From the NCBI GenBank assembly GCA_964625665.1, contig CAZVDN010000003.1:1-41366 (forward strand): a stretch of 41,366 nucleotides of DNA. Direction: 5' to 3'. Below, piece by piece: positions 28,018 to 36,830 of this stretch (position 1 is the stretch's first letter; the number at the start of each line of letters is the position of its first letter). A program made the translations under genes and the position numbers. Below the pieces are notes generated by a model. The model was not told the origin of the DNA. It made no database searches and saw only the letters and a list, made by a program, of their open reading frames with translations. The stretch comes from an uncultured Streptomyces sp. (GTDB taxonomy: Bacteria; Pseudomonadota; Gammaproteobacteria; Burkholderiales; SG8-41).

Positions 28018-28701
28018 TCAGACTTTGCCGCGTTGGTCAACGCGATGCATCGCCGCCAATTCACTACGCCATTCATCACCGTATTCGCAATCGCGAAACT
28101 CGTCAAAATAAGGCCCGCCGAGCGTGTAATGCACGAGTGACGCATTCTTGCGCGGCGCGCTGTAGCCGACCAGATGATTCCACGTCGGGGGAATTTCACC
28201 GATCGCGTCGTCATTGTTCAGCCACTTGAACTGATGGAGTTCGAGGCCCGAGGCCTTGTTCACATAGTCAGGCGTTAGCGCGCGGCATTTCGCGTTGTTG
28301 AACAGGATCACACTCGACCAGTTTTTCTTCTGATACGCGGTCTGCGGCTGGTCCAGAAATTTCACTGACTCCCTCGGCACATGGTCATGCTTGACGACCA
28401 TCGCGGCATATCGGTCATCGCACAGGTCAAACAGCTTCGCAATATCGTCGAGCACCAGCATGTCGCAATCCATGAATACCGACCAGCCCTCGTAGCCTGA
28501 CAAATAGGGCGTGAGGAACCGGGAAAAGGAAAAATCGGTGGACTGCAAAGGATGGCGCTCGCGCGTCATGACGCCCTGCAGTTGCGAAAGCATGATGGGG
28601 GCAATGGTGACCGGGCGGCTGGCGCGCGCATGAATGCTGTAGGCCAGCACGCTGAAGGCCAGCGCCTCCCGGGGGTCAAATCCGATGAATACTCTGATCA
28701 C
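28018..28701 (-). CDS. Small GT-A-fold glycosyltransferase (GT8-like, DxD = DCD)
   Basis: 227 aa; IRVFIGFDPREALAFSVLAYSI ... STDFSFSRFLTPYLSGYEGWSVFMDCDMLVLDDIAKLF ... WNHLVGY...LVHYTLGGPYF. The family assignment is from motif recall only. Confidence 0.55.
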   Translation of the reverse strand: MIRVFIGFDPREALAFSVLAYSIHARASRPVTIAPIMLSQLQGVMTRERHPLQSTDFSFSRFLTPYLSGYEGWSVFMDCDMLVLDDIAKLFDLCDDRYAAMVVKHDHVPRESVKFLDQPQTAYQKKNWSSVILFNNAKCRALTPDYVNKASGLELHQFKWLNNDDAIGEIPPTWNHLVGYSAPRKNASLVHYTLGGPYFDEFRDCEYGDEWRSELAAMHRVDQRGKV

Positions 28702-30542
28702 GATGTTTCAGCCTTGGTTGATTGGGCCCGCCGGCCACACCAGTCTTTCCAGACTGTCCTGTATGCGTCTTCCAGATTGCGCGTAAAACGACCTGCGTCA
28801 GTCAAGGGCGAGTTCAGCATGCGCTGCCGCAAACTGCTCCGCAATTCAGCCATTTTGCCGATATTTTCCGCAAGATGGGTTGCAATATTGACATACTCGT
28901 CCTCGCTGCCGGCAATCAGTTCGGTCAGCCCGATGCTGGTGAGCATTCCCGTGGTGACCCGCGATGCATGCACCCGCCCGGACAGTGTGATCACCGGCAC
29001 GCCCATCCACAGCGATTGACAGGTGGTGGTTGTGCCGCTGAAAGGGAAAGGGTCGAGCGCAATATCGATCCGATGATGCATGCGCAAAAATTCCTGCTGC
29101 GGCAGGCGGTCGTGCATCTCTAGCCGGGCAACGTCTATGCCATGCGCTGCAAACAAACCCGCAAGGCGTTCGCGGGTGCGACCGGCCGGCACTGTAACGA
29201 GCAGGAGTCCGGCCTCAGGCAACGCGTGCAGAATGCGCGCCCAAAGCTGCACGACCGGCGCGGATAGTTTGGATAGTGCATTCATGGAACCGAAAGTCAC
29301 CCGACCGTCGCGCGCAGCCGGCAAATCGCCGACCGGAGGGGCATCGGCGGGCGGGCAATAGACCATATAAACCTCCGGCAAACGCAGCAGTCGCTCGGCG
29401 TGAAAGTGATCGGTCATACCCGGCGGATCGACAACCGGATCACTGATTCGAAAATCCATTGCGGACATGCCCGTCGTGTTCGCATAGCCGTTCCAGGTGA
29501 TCTGCACAGGGGCGGGGCGCCGCGCGAACAACTGCAGCCGGTTGCGTTCGGTATGTCCGGTCAGATCGACCAGAATATCAATTCGATCGGCACGAATGCG
29601 TTGTGCCAGCAGGTCGTCGGAATCGCCCGAGCAGTCATGCCAGCTTCCGGCCGCCCGCTTCAGGCGTTCTGTCATTGCGTCCTCATGCTGCACGTCGGAA
29701 TAACACACCGTGTGAAACAAGCGCCGGTCGTGTGCGGCCAGAACCGATCCAAAAAAATAGGACACGGCGTGCTCACGGAAATTCGGCGAAACGTAACCGA
29801 TGCGCAATGGCCGCTCCGGCGTAGCATCGCAGTCGATCCCGGGGACGGCCAGGGTAAACGGCTCCGCATGCTGCCGTGCCCATGCCAGATGGGCATCAAA
29901 AACTTCTTCAGGGGTCAGCCCCGGTAAAAAATTCAGGGCGTAGACATAATTGCTGTGGGCAGCCACAAAGGAAGGCTGCAGCTCAATCGCGCGTCTGTAA
30001 CATTCGACGGCTTCGTCGCCGCGCCCGAGCTGATGGCAGAGATTTCCCAGATTGTAAAAAGTCTCTGCGGATTGGGGGGTCAGCTTTAACGCATTTCGGT
30101 AGGCATCTTCCGCGGCATCCGGCTCATTGGACGCCTTCAGGGCATTGCCCAGACCGAGATGCGCCTCGGCAAAACCGGGACGCAATTCGGCGGCGTGCGC
30201 AAAATGGGTCGCCGCATTCTGGAACTGACCGAGATTCGAACAGGCGGTGCCCAGATTGAAATGCGCCTCGGCTGATTCTGGCTGCAGTGCAATGACCTCG
30301 ATCAGCACGGCCACAGCCTCGGCGTGCCGGCCCTGCCGCATCATCAGGCTGCCGAGCAGGTGCAGTGCATCGCCGTCACGCGGACGCTGCAGCACCAAGC
30401 GCTTCAACAATTGTTCCGCGGCATCCAGTTCGGCGGAGTTCTGCAGTTCAATCGCACGGCCTAATTGCCCTTGCCACTGCTCATCCTGGGCCCGGCCATC
30501 GGGTTGGCGCCGGAATATCCGTGTAAGCAGATTCAGAAACAT
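28698..30542 (-). CDS. TPR protein with C-terminal GT41 (O-GlcNAc-transferase/SPINDLY-like) domain
   Basis: 614 aa. N-terminal TPRs (AEAHFNLGTACSNLGQFQNA..., AETFYNLGNLCHQLGRGDEA...). Then LRIGYVSPNFREHAVSYFF, DILVDLTGHTERNRLQLFARRPAPVQITWNGYANTTGMSAMDFRISD, TFGSMNALSKLS, IDIALDPFPFSGTTTTCQSLWMGVPVITLSG. It overlaps the GT-A gene by 4 nt. Confidence 0.75.
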   Translation of the reverse strand: MFLNLLTRIFRRQPDGRAQDEQWQGQLGRAIELQNSAELDAAEQLLKRLVLQRPRDGDALHLLGSLMMRQGRHAEAVAVLIEVIALQPESAEAHFNLGTACSNLGQFQNAATHFAHAAELRPGFAEAHLGLGNALKASNEPDAAEDAYRNALKLTPQSAETFYNLGNLCHQLGRGDEAVECYRRAIELQPSFVAAHSNYVYALNFLPGLTPEEVFDAHLAWARQHAEPFTLAVPGIDCDATPERPLRIGYVSPNFREHAVSYFFGSVLAAHDRRLFHTVCYSDVQHEDAMTERLKRAAGSWHDCSGDSDDLLAQRIRADRIDILVDLTGHTERNRLQLFARRPAPVQITWNGYANTTGMSAMDFRISDPVVDPPGMTDHFHAERLLRLPEVYMVYCPPADAPPVGDLPAARDGRVTFGSMNALSKLSAPVVQLWARILHALPEAGLLLVTVPAGRTRERLAGLFAAHGIDVARLEMHDRLPQQEFLRMHHRIDIALDPFPFSGTTTTCQSLWMGVPVITLSGRVHASRVTTGMLTSIGLTELIAGSEDEYVNIATHLAENIGKMAELRSSLRQRMLNSPLTDAGRFTRNLEDAYRTVWKDWCGRRAQSTKAETS

Positions 30543-30623
30543 GATCGGCCCGCACCGGCGTGCCGTCGGCGAAGATCGATAAAACGGCGCGCGGCAGGAA
30601 TTTGCACCGGGTCGCTGCGCGCT

Positions 30624-31274
30624 TTAACCGGAAACCTTCTCTTCACGCGCTTCACTGCCGTTCGGCGTCTCCTCGAGGTACTGGATCCAGAACTCCCATT
30701 GCACATCCGGATAGCCGGCAGCGGTGCGACCGACCAGCTCGCGCCACCAGTGCGGTGGCCTGATCGTGCAATGCGCGTTTTCTCCATTTGGCAGCCTTTT
30801 GCGCGCCGGAAAGCAGGCAACATTGGCAAATACGAACCGGTTTGCATAACCGAACAACTCGCCGATGATCCAGGGCAAGTCGGGCTCCGGGCAGTGCTCA
30901 AGGACATCGGTGCAAATGACCGCGTCGAACTTTCCTTCCGGCAACCGGCTGAACGGTTCATAACAGGGGTCATAACAAACCAGTTCGCCGATATCGAGAT
31001 AATCGATAACGCTCGGCCATACCTCGCCTGCTTCGTCCTTGATCGGTCGCGGCTCGTATTGCTGGCCCTTGCCGCAACCGTAATCCAGCATGGTATCGGC
31101 ACCGGTGAGCGTGACCAGGGCTTTGATCCGCGCCAGTTGCGCGTCAAGACTGAAACCCGGAAAGGTTTTTTCAGCCGGCACGCCCAGAAACTCCTCACCA
31201 CGCTGGTGCATCTGGCGATACATCGCCTGCAGTTCCAGAAAACGGGGGCTCGGATTGTTGCGATGATGGTTCAT
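30624..31274 (-). CDS. Class I SAM-dependent methyltransferase
   Basis: 216 aa. Motif I is MLDYGCGKGQQ. Post-motif region FDAVICTDVLEHCPEPDLPWIIGELF. Confidence 0.7.
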   Translation of the reverse strand: MNHHRNNPSPRFLELQAMYRQMHQRGEEFLGVPAEKTFPGFSLDAQLARIKALVTLTGADTMLDYGCGKGQQYEPRPIKDEAGEVWPSVIDYLDIGELVCYDPCYEPFSRLPEGKFDAVICTDVLEHCPEPDLPWIIGELFGYANRFVFANVACFPARKRLPNGENAHCTIRPPHWWRELVGRTAAGYPDVQWEFWIQYLEETPNGSEAREEKVSG

Positions 31275-31291
31275 TGCTTCGCCTTCAGAGA

Positions 31292-33055
31292 TTAAGCAGA
31301 CGCATCGCCGCGATCCGCGGACTCACACTGCGCCCGCAATGATTTTGCCACACCCTGCATGACGGGCTCCCACACACCGAACCCGGGCTGGCGGAACAGC
31401 CTTACCGATGGATACCAGGGCATCCTCTCGCCGCGAATACCATAGCGCCATTCGGGACTGTACGGCGTCAAAACCCACACCGGTTTTCCGAGCGCCCCGC
31501 CGAGATGGATCAGTGTAGTGCAGACGCTGATGACGAGATCAAGGCTCTCCACCAGTGCGGCGGCTTCATCAAGATCCTCCCGCGGTTCCTGCCAGCGATG
31601 GATGGTGACGCCGTGGGCCGATGCAGCGGCGGTCACCTCGTCACCGCAATCTGTGTATTGAAGGTCGATAAAATGCACGCCAGGCACCTGCAGTATCGCG
31701 CCCCATTGCTGCAACGGTATCGAGCGCATATAGGCACGCGTCTTGTCCGTTCCGCCGCGCCAGGAAATACCGACCTTCAGGCCCTTGCCAAGTCCATCAA
31801 GGCGTTGTCGCCATGCCGCAGCTTTCGCGACGTCGGCCCGCAAATAGCCGCAGTGTTCTGGAAAATCAGCCCCTGATCTGCGCCAGACTTTCGGCAGGCT
31901 GCCGAGCGCGATTTGCGCGTCGAACCGGTCCTCACCGCCTGCCGGCACCTCCGTCGCTGCCGCCCGCACTTCAGCACCCGGAAATGAACGACTGAACAAG
32001 CGGACCAGTTTGGGCGAACACTCCACCACGCATTTGTCCACGCTCGCGATCAGTTGCGGCAGACAGGCGGCAAACATGATCTCGTCGCCCGGCCCCTGTT
32101 CGCCGAAAACCAGCACGCGCGCTGCTGGCGCTGGCCTGGCATCCCACTGCGGATAGGTATCGGCGCGCTGCGGTCGGTCCCGGCTCTGTAAACGCAGGTC
32201 GTAGTGCTGCCAGCCGCGGGAAAAGTCATGCACGGTCAGGCAGGCGAGACTTTTGTGCCACTGTGCCAAATTCAATCCGGGATCTTCAGCGAGTGCCCTG
32301 TCGAAATACGCGATTGCCTGATCGACCTCGCCGGTCTCGCGCAGGGCGATGCCCAACTGCAGCAGGACTTCCGGATCGCGAGGCGCCGCCGTTTTGGCGC
32401 GCTCAAGATAATCCACTGCTGCGTGAGGTTGCTGAAGATGCAGCAGCACGTACCCGAGACAATACTGATATTCGGCGCCCCGGCCATCCTGCACATCCAG
32501 ATTCCGCAATAGCGCTTCCGCGCCGGCAGCCTGCCCGAGTTCGACTTTTTCCACGATGACGTTTTTGAGCAGCCCCGGCATCGCAGGTGCCAACTGTCGG
32601 GCCTTTTCGAAATGCGCCAGGGCCGCAGCATGATCGAACCGGCTTTGCGCAAGCAATCCAAGATTCAGGTAAGTCGGCGCACTGCCCGGATTGAGTTTGA
32701 GCGCGGCAGCGTAACAGCGCTCGGCAGAGTCCAATTCGCCCTTCAACAAATGAATATTGCCGAGCGCGTTGTGGGCGTCAGGCGAGCGCGGGTTCTCGGC
32801 AATCGCCACTGTCAGATGCAGCCTGGCTTCATCGAGTTTGTCGCAATGCCCCAGCAACATGCCCAATTGAAGGTGCGCTTCGGCGTTGCGCGGTTCGGCA
32901 GCGACCACACTGCGCAACTTCCTTTCCGCGACATCCCACTGCCCCGCGGCAAGCAAGGCGGCCGCTTCCGCGAGCAGGTTTGCCGATGAATGTTCTGCCG
33001 CGTCGGGCGACGCCGCTCGCGAGAACAGGCTTTTGATCAGTGATTTGAGGCTCAA
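31292..33055 (-). CDS. TPR + GT9-like glycosyltransferase, paralogue E
   Basis: 587 aa; VLVFGEQGPGDEIMFAACL, ALGSLPKVWRR, VGISWRGG, ISVCTTLIHLGGALGKPVWVLTP, MPWYPSVRLFRQ. It is the first gene of the minus-strand run. Confidence 0.7.
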   Translation of the reverse strand: MSLKSLIKSLFSRAASPDAAEHSSANLLAEAAALLAAGQWDVAERKLRSVVAAEPRNAEAHLQLGMLLGHCDKLDEARLHLTVAIAENPRSPDAHNALGNIHLLKGELDSAERCYAAALKLNPGSAPTYLNLGLLAQSRFDHAAALAHFEKARQLAPAMPGLLKNVIVEKVELGQAAGAEALLRNLDVQDGRGAEYQYCLGYVLLHLQQPHAAVDYLERAKTAAPRDPEVLLQLGIALRETGEVDQAIAYFDRALAEDPGLNLAQWHKSLACLTVHDFSRGWQHYDLRLQSRDRPQRADTYPQWDARPAPAARVLVFGEQGPGDEIMFAACLPQLIASVDKCVVECSPKLVRLFSRSFPGAEVRAAATEVPAGGEDRFDAQIALGSLPKVWRRSGADFPEHCGYLRADVAKAAAWRQRLDGLGKGLKVGISWRGGTDKTRAYMRSIPLQQWGAILQVPGVHFIDLQYTDCGDEVTAAASAHGVTIHRWQEPREDLDEAAALVESLDLVISVCTTLIHLGGALGKPVWVLTPYSPEWRYGIRGERMPWYPSVRLFRQPGFGVWEPVMQGVAKSLRAQCESADRGDASA

Positions 33056-33202
33056 TGGGTTCGTGGGTACGCTATTTGCGGCAGAACAGCAGCATTGCCG
33101 CTATTGACGTCCGATTTACTAAAAACAGATAATGCAACAATATATTTTTAAAGACAAATCAGGCTTGCGCCGCGTTTCCCGCGTGTGCGCATTTGGGCAT
33201 TA

Positions 33203-34042
33203 ATGAACATCCTGCGTCTGATTTTTTCGCCGTTTCGCGGTTCGGGCAGTAAAACACCCGCGGCATCGGCCGATTTTTCCAACCTGTCGCTCGAGCAATA
33301 TCAGGCGCTGGAACCCAATATGGTGGTCCGGGAGGGTGATACCGACGTGGTATTTTCCACGCCGAACCTGTTTACGCAGTTTCGGGTCGACTCTCTGCGG
33401 ACCAAGGAACCGGACACCATCGCCTGGATCGCCGGGTTTGAGCCTGAGGATGTGCTGGTGGATATCGGCGCCAACGTCGGCATGTATTCGATCTGGGCAG
33501 CCAAAACCCGCGGTGTGCGCGTATATGCGTTTGAACCGGAATCGCAGAACTTTGCGCTGTTGAACAAAAACATCGTGCTCAACGGACTATCGGACTATGT
33601 CGTCGCCTACTGCGCGGCCATCAGCGACGAGAGCAGTTTCTCCCGCCTTTACCTGAGCGAATTCAAGGCCGGCGGTTCCTGCCATACCTTCGGCGAAATG
33701 CTCGATCATCGCCTTGAGAAACGCGAGACCCCTTTGTCGCAGGGTTGCTTCTCGACCACCCTCGACGCACTGGTCGAACAGGGTGTAGTGCCGCTACCGA
33801 CCCACATCAAGGTCGATGTGGACGGCATCGAGCATAAAGTCATCAACGGCTGCCGCAAAGTGCTCGCGGATCAGCGCGTGAAATCCGTTCTGGTCGAAAT
33901 CAATACTAATCTCGAGCTTCACCGGAACATCATTCGCGATATGCGAGCGTTCGGCTTCGAGTTTTCGCAGTCCCAGGTTGATGCGGCGTTGCGGTCCGGG
34001 GGCGCATTTGCAGGAGTGGGCAATCATATCTTCCGGCGCTGA
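33203..34042 (+). CDS. FkbM-family methyltransferase
   Basis: VLVDIGANVGMYSIWAAKTRGVRVYAFEPESQNFALLNKNIVLNGL ... THIKVDVDGIEHKVINGC. The start is ATG 33203 (MNILRLIFSPF...) or GTG 33185. It is divergent from paralogue E across an AT-rich spacer. Confidence 0.75.
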   Translation: MNILRLIFSPFRGSGSKTPAASADFSNLSLEQYQALEPNMVVREGDTDVVFSTPNLFTQFRVDSLRTKEPDTIAWIAGFEPEDVLVDIGANVGMYSIWAAKTRGVRVYAFEPESQNFALLNKNIVLNGLSDYVVAYCAAISDESSFSRLYLSEFKAGGSCHTFGEMLDHRLEKRETPLSQGCFSTTLDALVEQGVVPLPTHIKVDVDGIEHKVINGCRKVLADQRVKSVLVEINTNLELHRNIIRDMRAFGFEFSQSQVDAALRSGGAFAGVGNHIFRR

Positions 34043-34076
34043 AGAACACGTCCTTTACCAGATCGCCAATGCGCCG

Positions 34077-34817
34077 ATGCGGGAGTATCCGTACGCGCAT
34101 TTTTACATCGACAATGTGTTTCCCGAGGATTTTTACAACCGCTTGCGGCAGTGCTGGCCTGCGGATGAATCGCTGGTCTCGCTGGCGGATACAGGGCGCG
34201 TGCCGAAGGGCGCCTATCGTGAACGGTTTATCCTGCCGTTCACTCAGTCGGAAGTTGCGAAACTCGATGATCAGCGGCGGGACTTCTGGACTGAATTCGG
34301 CAACTGGCTGCTATCGCAGCGCTTCATGCAGGCCGTCATCGACAAATTCGCGCCCTATGTGCGCGAACGGTTCGGTGAGGCCATGTTCTCGAACTATTAC
34401 TCCTCCGAGTCACTGGTCGTGCGCGACCAGACCAACTATGCAATCGGACCGCACACCGATGCGCCGCACCGCCTGCTTTCGATGCTATTTTATTGCCCGG
34501 ACGACGACAGCCGGCCGCACCTCGGCACCTCGATCTATATGCCGAACGATCCCGGCCTGCGCTGCGCGGGGGGCCCGCATTACCCGCATGATCGCTTCCG
34601 CAAGATCAAAACGATGGAGTACCGGCGAAATTCGCTGTTTGCTTTCATCAAGAACGATTACTCGTTTCACGGGGTGGCGCCGATCGGAACACAACCGGTC
34701 GGACGGGACGTGCTACTCTATGATATCCGCGTTCAGCAAAACGAGTCCGCAGCGCCAACGCCGCAGTCCGGCCTTGGGGTCGGCATTCTTAAACGGCTGA
34801 TCGGCAAAAGAAGCTAA
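34077..34817 (+). CDS. Hypothetical protein with a 2OG-Fe(II)-oxygenase-like HxD...H...R motif set
   Basis: MREYPYAHFYIDNVFPEDFY ... YAIGPHTDAP (HxD) ... YSFHGVAPI (distal His) ... GRDVLLYDI (Arg). ATG 34077 is chosen because the upstream part of the track ORF overlaps the FkbM gene. Confidence 0.5.
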   Translation: MREYPYAHFYIDNVFPEDFYNRLRQCWPADESLVSLADTGRVPKGAYRERFILPFTQSEVAKLDDQRRDFWTEFGNWLLSQRFMQAVIDKFAPYVRERFGEAMFSNYYSSESLVVRDQTNYAIGPHTDAPHRLLSMLFYCPDDDSRPHLGTSIYMPNDPGLRCAGGPHYPHDRFRKIKTMEYRRNSLFAFIKNDYSFHGVAPIGTQPVGRDVLLYDIRVQQNESAAPTPQSGLGVGILKRLIGKRS

Positions 34818-34840
34818 TTACTCGCAATTGGAGTTTCGCC

Positions 34841-35164
34841 ATGGGTTTATTCGGATCCGTATCCGGCAAGGACATTGATGCTTTCGCAAAAACGCTGGCC
34901 CAGGATTTGGCCAAGCGTTACCCACCCGCACTTGACAAAGGCAGTGAACGCAAGATTTCGCAGAAGCGTTTGACCACCATTCTCGAAGACACATTTGCGC
35001 GCGCCGTCGATTTCAGGCGCCAGCACAAGCTCGGCATCTACAAGAAGGCGCGGCTGGGCAACACCTTCCGCTGGGAGCTGCAGGACATGGGTTACAGCGA
35101 GAAGTTCGTCGAACTGGCCACCGAGGGCCTGATCGTCTACATCACGAGAAAAGCCGACGCCTGA
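34841..35164 (+). CDS. Small hypothetical protein, no recognisable domain
   Basis: 107-aa ORF with ATG start, coding-like composition and no competing ORF. GGAG 8 nt upstream of the start. Confidence 0.5.
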   Translation: MGLFGSVSGKDIDAFAKTLAQDLAKRYPPALDKGSERKISQKRLTTILEDTFARAVDFRRQHKLGIYKKARLGNTFRWELQDMGYSEKFVELATEGLIVYITRKADA

Positions 35165-35185
35165 TCACCCGGCCGGCCCGCGGTA

Positions 35186-36820
35186 TCAACCGCGTGGAGG
35201 CGGCACGTAACCGGGGATTTTCGACAGATCGACGTCGTCGATCTGATGCGCATCCATGAATTGCTCTGCGTACTTCAGATAGACCTTCTCCCACATGAAA
35301 ACGTCGAAAAGGTCCGGATCAATGTGTCCGCCGAGTTTGAATTTACCGAGGATAGTCAGCGATTCAGTTAATGTCTTGCCCTTTTTATAGGGGCGGTCCT
35401 TGGCTGTCAGCGCCTCGAATATGTCGGCGATGCCCATGCACCGCGCCTGCACCGACATTTGATCCCGGGTCAGTCCGCGGGGATAGCCCTTGCCGTCCAT
35501 GCGCTCGTGGTGGCCGCCGGCGTATTCCGCGACGTTCTTCAGGTGTTTCGGCCAGGGCAGCACCTCGAGCATCTGAATCGTGACTTCAATGTGGTGATTG
35601 ATAATCTGCCGTTCGGCTGCTGTCAGGGTACCGGCGCGGATCGTCAGATTTTCAACTTCGTCGTCGCTGAGGAAATCAACCAGATTGCCTTCGGTGTCGC
35701 GCCAACGGTATTTTTTTGATATTTGGCGCACCCGTTCCTGATCGGAGTCAGTCATCAGTTCGCCGCCGACGTTGCTTACCCGCAGGAAATTACGGTCAGC
35801 TTCGATCTCCGCCAGCTTCTGATCAAGATTCCCCGCTGCGCCGGTCTTGTTTTCCAGCTGCGCTTTAAGGGAAGCAATCTCTGCGTCGCGTTTGAGAACC
35901 TCAAAACGCGTATCGACAAGATGAATGCGGTCGAAAATAGTGTGCAACTTGGTGGCCTTGTCGACGACATGGACCGGCGTCGTGACTTTGCCGCAATCAT
36001 GCAAAAGACCGGCGATTTTGAGTTCGTAACGATCCTTGTCGTTCATGCTGAATTCACGCAAAGGACCGACATTGACCGCATTGACGGCCTCGGCGAGCAA
36101 CATCGTCAATTGCGGCACACGCGCACAATGGCCGGCCGTGTAGGGTGACTTGTCGTCGATCGCGGCGTTGATGAGGTTGATGAACGACTCGAACAGATTT
36201 TCGAGGTGGTTGATCAGCAAACGGGTGGTGAGTGCGATCGCCGCCTGTGAAGCGAGCGATTCCGCCAGTTGCTGGTCCTCCTTGGAGAATGCAGCGACTT
36301 TTCCGGTTGCGGAATCCTTCGCGTTGAGCAACTGGAGGACGCCAATTATTTCGTTTTCGTGGTTCTTCATCGGAACCGTCAGGAACGACTGCGAACGGTA
36401 TCCGGTCTTCTTGTCAAAATTTTTCGTGCCCGAGAAGTCAAAGCCTTCTTCAGTATAGGCGTCGGCGATATTGACCGATTCGTCGTGATGGACCGCATAG
36501 GCCGCCACCATGCTGGTAATGGGCGCACCTTCCTTGTCAAAAAGATTCAGCGGGTAAAACGGAATCGGCGTGCCGGTGGTGCCACCCATCGCGATACCGA
36601 GAGTATCGTTGCGCATGATTTCGAACTTGAGTGAACGTTCTTCGGTCATGCGGTAGAGCGTTCCGCCGTCCGCGCGGGTAATTTTCTGCGCAGCAACAAG
36701 GATCGCCTCGAGGAGGCGATTGATATCGGTCTCCTTCGAAAGCGCTACGCCGATCTGATTGAGCTGCTCGAGGCGCTCGAACAGGTTGGTGGGATCCGAC
36801 GGTCGGTGCATTTGGTTCAT
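35186..36820 (-). CDS. GAF-domain HD-GYP phosphohydrolase (putative c-di-GMP phosphodiesterase)
   Basis: 544 aa. N-terminal GAF (LLEAILVAAQKITRADGGTLY ... KKTGYRSQSFLTVPMKNHENEIIGVLQLLNAKD). HD motif LLHDCGKV. A coiled-coil insert, then GGHHERMDGKGYPRGL. Confidence 0.85.
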   Translation of the reverse strand: MNQMHRPSDPTNLFERLEQLNQIGVALSKETDINRLLEAILVAAQKITRADGGTLYRMTEERSLKFEIMRNDTLGIAMGGTTGTPIPFYPLNLFDKEGAPITSMVAAYAVHHDESVNIADAYTEEGFDFSGTKNFDKKTGYRSQSFLTVPMKNHENEIIGVLQLLNAKDSATGKVAAFSKEDQQLAESLASQAAIALTTRLLINHLENLFESFINLINAAIDDKSPYTAGHCARVPQLTMLLAEAVNAVNVGPLREFSMNDKDRYELKIAGLLHDCGKVTTPVHVVDKATKLHTIFDRIHLVDTRFEVLKRDAEIASLKAQLENKTGAAGNLDQKLAEIEADRNFLRVSNVGGELMTDSDQERVRQISKKYRWRDTEGNLVDFLSDDEVENLTIRAGTLTAAERQIINHHIEVTIQMLEVLPWPKHLKNVAEYAGGHHERMDGKGYPRGLTRDQMSVQARCMGIADIFEALTAKDRPYKKGKTLTESLTILGKFKLGGHIDPDLFDVFMWEKVYLKYAEQFMDAHQIDDVDLSKIPGYVPPPRG

Positions 36821-36830
36821 TGGATCAGCG

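Noticed and set aside
19000-35200. Checked whether the pilin/glycosyltransferase region is a mobile genomic island or contains CRISPR, phage or IS elements.
   Set aside because: By eye there is no integrase, transposase or tRNA gene. There are no flanking direct repeats and no regularly spaced repeat array. GC content of the GT genes looks similar to the flanking core genes, and only the short intergenic spacers at about 20100-20280 and 33100-33180 are AT-rich. Horizontal origin cannot be supported from this window.
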